A program made the translations under genes and the position numbers. 32,000 bases of DNA from Patescibacteria group bacterium (GTDB lineage Bacteria; Patescibacteriota; Minisyncoccia; UBA6257; HR35): the NCBI GenBank assembly GCA_023480925.1, contig JAMCWY010000022.1:2986-34985 (forward strand). The letters run 5' to 3'. Below are positions 25,689 to 32,000 of the stretch, piece after piece (positions within the stretch are counted from its first letter, which is position 1; every line of letters begins with the position of its first letter). The notes below the pieces were generated by a model. It did no database searches. It saw nothing but the letters and a program-made list of their open reading frames with translations, and was not told the DNA's origin.

Positions 25689-26555
25689 TTATAAATTAGA
25701 AAGATCGATCACGGCGCGATCTTTTTTTCCCGGTTCGGCCTTTTTAATGATGATTTTGGGGCCAAGATTGGATGAGTCTGACGATTGGTTTGGGCTTGGC
25801 GCGTTGGCTGGTTGGGTTGAACTTGGTTGGTTCGTCGGCCATTTAATCTCCTTAACGTTGACAAAGGTTGAATTTGAATCAGGCCGGTCGGCGTCTTTTA
25901 ATTTAAGGTTAGTTGGTTCGGCCGGAATTTCCAAAATATTTTTTCCCAAAGGGTTAAAATTTTGATCCGCGCTCATCGGTTTCGGCGTCGCGCTCGTCGT
26001 CATCGGCTGGCTTTCTATTTTGATTGGTTCGGGTGGCTTGGCGATTGGTTCGGCCGGCGCTTGAAATGGTTCGCTTCCGTCGTCAAGAGAAGTTTGCTTT
26101 GGCGCCGCGGCGACAACTCGGTTTTGGTTTAAATTCGGCGCGGCGCGATTAAGATTAATCACGGGAGAGTTCATTCTGGGCGTTTCTTGTTTCTTAATTT
26201 CGTCCAAGAGGGCTTGAATGTCGCTTTGTTTTTCCGCTTCGACTTGTTCGTTCCAGCTTTCCCACCTTTTTTTAATTAAAGGCAAAAAGCGGCTGAAAAT
26301 AAAATGGCCGAGTCCGGATGCTTGCTCTTGATCGAAATTTAATCTTGATTTTATTTCAGCCACGATCGTGTTAATCGAGTCCGCCTCAATCGCTTTGACC
26401 GCGATGTCTCGGAGAAGAAAATCCAAAGCGATCTCGTTTTCTTCCAACTCAAACTTTTTCGCGTACTCGTCCAAGAAAGAAAAATAATTTTCCGAGTTGA
26501 GAAAATTCTTTATGCTTTCCGGCGCCTGGTTGTATTTTTCAAAAAAGTTTAACAT
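25689..26555 (-). CDS. Hypothetical protein with no TM segment: helical N-terminal domain plus Pro/Ser-rich disordered C-terminus, 288 aa
   Basis: Long ORF in the operon frame context. No recognisable motif. Low-complexity segment EPFQAPAEPIAKPPEPIKIESQP... Confidence 0.5.
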   Translation of the reverse strand: MLNFFEKYNQAPESIKNFLNSENYFSFLDEYAKKFELEENEIALDFLLRDIAVKAIEADSINTIVAEIKSRLNFDQEQASGLGHFIFSRFLPLIKKRWESWNEQVEAEKQSDIQALLDEIKKQETPRMNSPVINLNRAAPNLNQNRVVAAAPKQTSLDDGSEPFQAPAEPIAKPPEPIKIESQPMTTSATPKPMSADQNFNPLGKNILEIPAEPTNLKLKDADRPDSNSTFVNVKEIKWPTNQPSSTQPANAPSPNQSSDSSNLGPKIIIKKAEPGKKDRAVIDLSNL

Positions 26556-26578
26556 TAAAATAATTATGGGTTTAGCGG

Positions 26579-28678
26579 TTAATCTCTAAAATTAAGACCC
26601 AAACCATTGAGCGAATACGGATTTCCACTATTATCTTTGACGTTTCCGATAATTGAATCAATGTGATTGGCTAATTCGTCGCGCGTGTTTTTGTCAGTTA
26701 TATTTTTTCGAATTTCTTCGACAATGTCTTGGTTATTCTGGATCGCCGCCAGAGAATTAAGGGCGGCCGAGGCTTTATTTTGACTTTTCTGGTTACCCTG
26801 TTCAATTAAGGCAATGGTCGCGGCTAATGTTTCTCCCGATGTTCCTTTAGCGGTCATCAAAGCGTTTAACTCGGGCGTTGCGACAAACCCGCGGTTGAAG
26901 AAACGGTCGTCGGTGAATCCAAGATTCTTGGCTATATTAAAGTGATCAAGGCGGCTGCCGAACTCCATTTTTTGGTTAGCCGGCATTTTCAGCCATGCGT
27001 CTGAGAGGATCTGGTTCGTACTTGTTCCCTTTGGTCCGCCCCACCCAGCGGTTTCGCTGGTTTGGCTTACGATTGGTTCAAGTTGATCCCAGCCGCCGGC
27101 GGAAGAGATGTTAATTTTGGCCAAAGCCGCGATCATGCTTTCTTTGTCCGGAGAGTTAAAGCCTCGCCATTTTTTCGCCAAAACCGCTCTAAGTTTTTCA
27201 TCTTTAAGGCTATCTTTGATGCCGGGTATGCCCGAGATATTTCTAACCCAATCTTCCGTGTCCCAATCAATGTCGGTGGATTGGAGAAAATTTTTGAGCA
27301 CGCCGTAATTTTTGTCTTGAATTAAACTTGACATTGTTTCTTTAACCTTATCCGGGTTACCGCTGGTTTTTTCAACCAGAGCCTTACCCCGTATCTCTTC
27401 GCGTTCTTTTTTCGGTTTAAGTAACGATTCGGAAAGACTTTCAAGTTGTTTGGAAAACTTGGCCGTGCCGGCGATACCGGACGCGCCCATAGTCGTACTC
27501 CAATCTTTTAATTTAGAACCCATTTTTTCTCGGACTGGCGACATTGCCTTTTGGCTTGTCCATTTGATTCCGCCACCGATAACGTTGGCCCAAACTGTTC
27601 GAGCGGCGGTCATGCCGCCACCGGCGAACTTACCCGCCCAATCAATAGCGAAAATGATGGCGAAGCCGTAGTAAATAGCAATAAAGATAAAACGAAAAAC
27701 GGTCATTAAAATATATGGGCCAATGGCAAAGCTCGAACCGAGTAAGCCGCCGTTGACGCCGCTGCCGGCGCCTTGTTGGGCCGGCGCGACAAACGTGTTG
27801 TAAAAATCGCCTGTGGCTCCGCCAACACCGTTGGCGGAGCCGGTTGTGATCGGTTGGGTAAAGGCGGTTGAGATAAGACTGAAACCAACCAGAATCATTA
27901 ATAATAGTATCGCTGGCAGAGCCGACCATTTTAAGAAAGATTGAATTGTTTGGTTCAGATGGTTGCTGTTTTTCCCGAACGCGGTTGAGACGATCGCGAG
28001 TGGCAGGAATCCAACCAAAAGAGCAATAAAGATAAATCGACCGACAAAAATGCCGGCGAAGATAAACATAAAAGCGGTCCAAAGAAAAGAAAGAGCCAAA
28101 CCGGCCAACTCAAAAGCAAGGTCGGGTACAACCCGCAATGTTTGGTTGGAAATATTGGCTGCGACACCTTGGGTCGCCTGTTCGGTTAACTGGCTGGGTG
28201 AGAAGTGAGAAAGGCTGGCAAAAATGGCTGTGCCGACATAATGGCAGTTATTAACGTCACTGCTGTTGGCGGGAGTGAAGAGACAGGCAAGCGAGTAGGT
28301 GATTGAGTTGAAGATATTAAATATTTCTTCGGCGAAAAAGAAAGAGAAGTTGATTAAGAGCGCGATTAAAATTAAGACAAAAATTTTCTTGCGCGCTTCT
28401 TCGCCGTGGTTAATAATAAAAAGAATGCCGATATAGAGGCTGGCGAAAATAATGCCGAGATAGGCAATGTTTTTAAAAATTTTCCAAACCTGGGACGCGA
28501 AGTTTAGATCGGAAAAAGGATTGGCAACAGCAAAGGCATTGATCAAAAGCGCGGCCAGCCGGCCCAATATTTGGAAGAGAAAAGTGGTGATAGTATTCAA
28601 AATACCCAGAAACCAGATCAAGATTCCACCATACGTGTTGACGTTTATATTAAACAGATAAGATATAAATGAATCCAT
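26579..28678 (-). CDS. VirB6/TrbL-like polytopic membrane protein with a ~300-aa hydrophilic C-terminal domain, 699 aa
   Basis: About 8 hydrophobic segments in the first ~370 aa, with a Gly-rich loop (SANGVGGATGDFYN...GAGSGVNGG), then a soluble domain. The architecture and operon position resemble Gram-positive VirB6 analogs. The assignment rests on architecture only. Confidence 0.55.
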   Translation of the reverse strand: MDSFISYLFNINVNTYGGILIWFLGILNTITTFLFQILGRLAALLINAFAVANPFSDLNFASQVWKIFKNIAYLGIIFASLYIGILFIINHGEEARKKIFVLILIALLINFSFFFAEEIFNIFNSITYSLACLFTPANSSDVNNCHYVGTAIFASLSHFSPSQLTEQATQGVAANISNQTLRVVPDLAFELAGLALSFLWTAFMFIFAGIFVGRFIFIALLVGFLPLAIVSTAFGKNSNHLNQTIQSFLKWSALPAILLLMILVGFSLISTAFTQPITTGSANGVGGATGDFYNTFVAPAQQGAGSGVNGGLLGSSFAIGPYILMTVFRFIFIAIYYGFAIIFAIDWAGKFAGGGMTAARTVWANVIGGGIKWTSQKAMSPVREKMGSKLKDWSTTMGASGIAGTAKFSKQLESLSESLLKPKKEREEIRGKALVEKTSGNPDKVKETMSSLIQDKNYGVLKNFLQSTDIDWDTEDWVRNISGIPGIKDSLKDEKLRAVLAKKWRGFNSPDKESMIAALAKINISSAGGWDQLEPIVSQTSETAGWGGPKGTSTNQILSDAWLKMPANQKMEFGSRLDHFNIAKNLGFTDDRFFNRGFVATPELNALMTAKGTSGETLAATIALIEQGNQKSQNKASAALNSLAAIQNNQDIVEEIRKNITDKNTRDELANHIDSIIGNVKDNSGNPYSLNGLGLNFRD

Positions 28679-28680
28679 GA

Positions 28681-31600
28681 TTAAATTTGAATTTTATTTG
28701 GACTGAATAAATTAAAAATATTCGCGACCAACCCGCCGGCTAACTTAAACGGCAGTTCAACCAAACCAAGAAGATGATCAAGAAATCCGCGGCCAGCGAT
28801 TGTCGTTTGATTTTTACTCCCATTGATATTAACCGCGACCGGTGGGCTGGTGGTAAAATCGTGAATTTCAGTGTTTAAGAACATAATGGCGCTTCTCAGG
28901 CTTGGGTCGCTTACTTTCGTTTCAAGATCATTTAGGCTTTTTTCAAGTGCTTGAATTTGCTGATTGATGTTGTCTAAATTAAAGTTGGTTTGGTCAATGT
29001 GGAGGTTGGTCAAGTCTTGAGTGATTTGATCTAAAATTTGATTCCTTTGCGTTTGAAGTTGGTTTTCGAGATCAGTGATTCGAGTTTGAAGGTGATTAAT
29101 CTCAGTCAATATCGGTGACAGGTTTGAGTTTTGACCATTGAACTGATCATTGAGAGCGGTCATGAGGTTGTTGGCGTTCTGGTTGATGTTAATCAGGGCG
29201 TTAAGAAGGCTGCCGAGGTCGACTTGGATATTGGTGTTGTTAACATTTTCTCCAATAACAACATTTAGAAGATTGTTGTCGGTCGCGACCTGTTTGAGAT
29301 TTTGATAAACCGAAATTTTTTCGGCGTAATAATTTTGCAGGGGCGCGATCCAGCTCGTGTCGGTCGCTTGGCCGGAAAGAAGTTTTTGAGTGTAGCTGAT
29401 CAAACCGCTGATAACGCTGTTCTCGTTAATCTTATATTTTGGTTGAGCCAAATCTTGGTTGGCCAAAAGAATGAGGTCATATTTAAATCGGCCCTGGTCA
29501 AAATTAGACCAATGCGAAGGACCATATGGATTTGTATACCACTGACGGTAGCGGCCAACGCCATTAAGATCCTGCAAACCTTCAAGTTGGATCAGGCTAA
29601 GGGAGTGAAGGCAATCAACCGCGTTTGTGGTCAAAGTACCGGAGTAAAAAGCGCTTAAATTAACATAATTTGGCGTTTGGGAACAAGTTGATGGGACTGG
29701 GTCGGCGACAAGAAATGGCGTTGGGACATTATTAAGGTTGGCCCACCTAAAGCCGCCTTCTTGGCTGAACAGCATTTGAATTTTTGACTGATAAAGAGAA
29801 TCACTCAAGTTGTTAAGAGGCGTAGTCACGGCGGTTTGAAAATTTTGAATGCTGTTCATATCAGTTTGAAGTTGTTGGCTTAAAGTGACGATCTCGGTCG
29901 CCGTGGCCGAACTGTTTAAAGCGTTCAACTGACTGATCAAGTTGGTAATGTCCGGATTATTAAATAGGCCGGCGAGCTGACTCGAGAGGTCGGCGCGTGT
30001 GGCGCTGGCCGTGTCAAGCTCGGCCTGAAAATTTTGAAGCTGATCGTTTTCGCTTAAAACATTCGTTTTATAATTTAACCAAGTTTGACTGGTTTGGTTT
30101 GAATAGGAGTCAAGCATATTACTTGAACTACTGACGACTGCTTGGAGACTGGTTAGTTGTGTTTGAATTAGACTGATTAAATCAATGGTCGAAGTTGAAT
30201 TAAGTTGGCCAATCGAGGCGGCGATCGAAGTGGCGAGATTGGTTGCTTCGGCTTGAGCCAATTTTGTCATTTCAATCTTTTGGTTGTTTAGTTCCGAAAC
30301 GCAGGCTTTGTTGCTGATCTGGCCGGTACCGCTGCCACCGCCGCTGAGCTGGCTCATGCCGTTGCAAGCTTGAGCGATGTTGCTGGTCGTGTAAGAGCCG
30401 GCGAGTTCGTTGCTTGGATTGGTTGAATGATTGATCGCGCCCTGGAGGTCGGCTAAGCCGTTGTTGATCAAGCCAAAAAGTCTTGAACGCAAGAAGGAAG
30501 TTAGATAACTGGAAAGAAAATTGAGCGAATCTTTAAACGTCGGCAGTTGTTGAACCTGAGCGAGCATTGCGGTTTGAGCGATTTTTTTTAAATCGCCGGA
30601 GGAAAAAGAAGACTGACAATTAACGCCGTTGGCGCAATTTTTGATCGTGGCGTAGCCGTTGTTGATATCGGTCTGAGTTTGGTTGGTTTGAACCGACGCT
30701 TGATTAAGGATCGAACTGTCCAGGGCGAAAAGTTGGGGCGCGGTTTCAACGTAAGTGTTGGCCGAGTTAAGGCCGACGTCGATGATTTGACTGTTCGCAC
30801 GCTGGACGTCGCTGAATGGATTAGAGGTTTGAGTGGGCTGAGACGAGTTTAGGAGTTGGGCTTCGCTTGTTCGTCTGAGCGACTGATCGGCGTTGGCGAA
30901 ATAAGGAATTTTATCTAAGAAGCCAACTAGGCTCGGCCTTCTATTTTGACTTAGTTGGTTTGGACTAACTGTTTGACTTATGACTAAAGGACATGTTCTT
31001 GATTGAAGATTATTTAAAATATTATCCGCGGCCTGGCTAAAGCCGGGAAAATTTCTTAAAAAAGAATTACTGTTCACCGCTTGGTTGAGATTATTTTCAA
31101 AAGTGTCGCGGGCGCCGGCGATAATGCCGACGATCGCGTTTTTGACCGACGGGTAAGCGAGCGAAGGAATACAGTTGGTGTTGTTAATATAATTATTAAC
31201 GCCGCCAATCGCGCCAAGCGATTGCATGACTTGATTGTAGGCAACTGGGTTTTTGATAAAAAACTGGCCGGTTTTTTGGAGCATAGCGTTGGTGGCGACA
31301 TTAAGGACGCGATCAAGAAAATAAGCTTGAGCGTCTTTGATCATTTGTTTCAGCTGAGCTTTGAGGTTTTCACCGACGCCACGGATCGATTCTTGGATTG
31401 ATTGACCAATCGCCTTTTTCGCGCCTGCGTCGGAAGTCGGAACTTCGTTAAACAACCCCGAGAGAAAATTTCCAATCAACTCGCTCGTAAAACCCTGGAC
31501 AATATTGCCGAGATCGAAACCCGAGCCGCTTGATTCGATTGGATAAAGCGGCGGAACCGAACCAGACGGGTTGGGTTGAGTTGAACTCGGACTCGAACCC

Positions 31601-31713
31601 GAGTTGTAGTCGATGTTGTTAAAAGTCGTGTTATCCGCGCGGCTAAAATAAAAAGGTAGAGCCGAGGCTAAAATAACTAAAATTAAAAATAAACGGGTTG
31701 ATTTTTTTTTCAT
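28681..31713 (-). CDS. Large secreted N/Q/S/T-rich protein with C-terminal coiled coil and hydrophobic C-terminus, 1010 aa (candidate surface/contact component)
   Basis: Signal peptide MKKKSTRLFLILVILASALPFYFSRADN. Long helical Q/N/S/T-rich stretches. Coiled-coil-like LTEINHLQTRITDLENQLQTQRNQILDQITQDLTNL...QIQALEKSLNDLETKV. C-terminal LLGLVELPFKLAGGLVANIFNLF. ATGA overlap with the upstream ORF. Confidence 0.6.
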   Translation of the reverse strand: MKKKSTRLFLILVILASALPFYFSRADNTTFNNIDYNSGSSPSSTQPNPSGSVPPLYPIESSGSGFDLGNIVQGFTSELIGNFLSGLFNEVPTSDAGAKKAIGQSIQESIRGVGENLKAQLKQMIKDAQAYFLDRVLNVATNAMLQKTGQFFIKNPVAYNQVMQSLGAIGGVNNYINNTNCIPSLAYPSVKNAIVGIIAGARDTFENNLNQAVNSNSFLRNFPGFSQAADNILNNLQSRTCPLVISQTVSPNQLSQNRRPSLVGFLDKIPYFANADQSLRRTSEAQLLNSSQPTQTSNPFSDVQRANSQIIDVGLNSANTYVETAPQLFALDSSILNQASVQTNQTQTDINNGYATIKNCANGVNCQSSFSSGDLKKIAQTAMLAQVQQLPTFKDSLNFLSSYLTSFLRSRLFGLINNGLADLQGAINHSTNPSNELAGSYTTSNIAQACNGMSQLSGGGSGTGQISNKACVSELNNQKIEMTKLAQAEATNLATSIAASIGQLNSTSTIDLISLIQTQLTSLQAVVSSSSNMLDSYSNQTSQTWLNYKTNVLSENDQLQNFQAELDTASATRADLSSQLAGLFNNPDITNLISQLNALNSSATATEIVTLSQQLQTDMNSIQNFQTAVTTPLNNLSDSLYQSKIQMLFSQEGGFRWANLNNVPTPFLVADPVPSTCSQTPNYVNLSAFYSGTLTTNAVDCLHSLSLIQLEGLQDLNGVGRYRQWYTNPYGPSHWSNFDQGRFKYDLILLANQDLAQPKYKINENSVISGLISYTQKLLSGQATDTSWIAPLQNYYAEKISVYQNLKQVATDNNLLNVVIGENVNNTNIQVDLGSLLNALININQNANNLMTALNDQFNGQNSNLSPILTEINHLQTRITDLENQLQTQRNQILDQITQDLTNLHIDQTNFNLDNINQQIQALEKSLNDLETKVSDPSLRSAIMFLNTEIHDFTTSPPVAVNINGSKNQTTIAGRGFLDHLLGLVELPFKLAGGLVANIFNLFSPNKIQI

Positions 31714-32000
31714 TGATTAAGCATGGTTAAAACTTTGTCTTGACTTTGATTAAGATTATTAAGAATGCTTAGGAGAATTAATTTTTTTTGAGAATCGGGA
31801 TTTTGGCTAAGTTGGTTGAAAATATAAGCGCGGCTAGTTAAATTAAATATCCAAAAAATTTGAAATTTATAAAAATTAGGCGGCGGCTGGATTCGACCAA
31901 ACGCCTTCGCCGTTTCGAGATAAATTGAACTGTTAGTTTGGAGACTTTGGTTGTTGTTTAGATCAATCTTAATTTTAGTTAAATTGGAATTACCTTGAAG
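31710..32000 (-). CDS. 3' end (96 codons) of a further upstream operon gene, unknown function; the 5' end lies beyond the window
   Basis: Not in the ORF track. Hand translation of the minus strand from 32000 is open: LQGNSNLTKIKIDLNNNQSLQTNSSIYLETAKAFGRIQPPPNFYKFQIFWIFNLTSRAYIFNQLSQNPDSQKKLILLSILNNLNQSQDKVLTMLNQ*. The TGA stop overlaps the ATG of the 1010-aa gene (ATGA). Confidence 0.5.
   Translation of the reverse strand, partial: LQGNSNLTKIKIDLNNNQSLQTNSSIYLETAKAFGRIQPPPNFYKFQIFWIFNLTSRAYIFNQLSQNPDSQKKLILLSILNNLNQSQDKVLTMLNQ

Noticed and set aside
27642-28167. Several minus-strand alternative-frame ORFs (146, 60 and 70 aa) inside the VirB6-like gene
   Set aside because: They give Arg/Cys-rich nonsense-like translations nested in a long coherent membrane-protein frame. 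They are frame artefacts.
31702-31710. T9 (A9 in the coding sense) homopolymer immediately after the ATG of the 1010-aa gene, as a possible slipped-strand phase-variation switch
   Set aside because: It simply encodes the MKKK signal-peptide n-region. Comparable A/T runs occur at many other sites in this AT-rich window (for example the htrA start, the PBP start and 15101-15109). Without population-level length variation there is no evidence for phase variation.
18845-32000. Integrative conjugative element or other mobile-element interpretation of the secretion locus
   Set aside because: The window contains no integrase, relaxase, coupling protein, transposase, flanking direct repeats or tRNA target. 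By eye the composition does not differ from the rest. This cannot be excluded for sequence beyond 32000.
1-32000. CRISPR arrays, tRNA/rRNA genes, riboswitch-sized structured leaders, and an alternative genetic code (UGA sense)
   Set aside because: No spaced direct repeats were seen. The largest non-coding gaps (7999-8194, 16258-16401, 9506-9615, 4646-4742) contain no cloverleaf-like or long structured segments. TGA terminates several well-supported genes exactly at coupled junctions, so it is a stop codon.

Overview
Summary: this 32 kb window is a chromosomal replication-origin neighbourhood (about 40% GC by eye). It is tightly packed with small genes. Its gene content looks most like a reduced-genome Patescibacteria/CPR-type bacterium, but that assignment is inference from gene content only. 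TGA is used as a stop codon (rpmH, the VirB4 N-terminal ORF, the ORF upstream of pilB), so the standard code applies, not code 25.

Left part (1-15 kb): a type IV pilus module (partial pilC, pilB-like ATPase, unknown polytopic membrane protein, prepilin-type pilin); a CorA-family channel with a non-canonical filter motif; glutaredoxin-like protein plus thioredoxin reductase; gatA; an HtrA protease; a cysteine desulfurase; a second PilB-like ATPase; a class A PBP.

Centre (15-19 kb): the origin core, dnaN<-dnaA<- | ->rpmH->rnpA->yidC. rpmH is absent from the ORF track and was found by hand. The AT-rich dnaA-dnaN spacer carries DnaA-box-like sites.

Right part (18.8-32 kb): the most interesting region. 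It is a single minus-strand operon of at least 12 genes joined by overlapping or near-abutting stop/start codons. It encodes a Gram-positive-style type IV secretion-like apparatus:
- a VirB4 ATPase split into two coupled ORFs
- a PrgI/VirB3-like protein
- a VirB6-like polytopic protein
- a pilin-like hairpin fused to an MltA/3D cell-wall lytic domain
- a 1010-aa N/Q/S/T-rich secreted protein
- several unassignable envelope proteins and a PD40 beta-propeller protein

No coupling protein, relaxase, integrase or outer-membrane core genes are visible. I found no rRNA, tRNA, CRISPR array or transposase.
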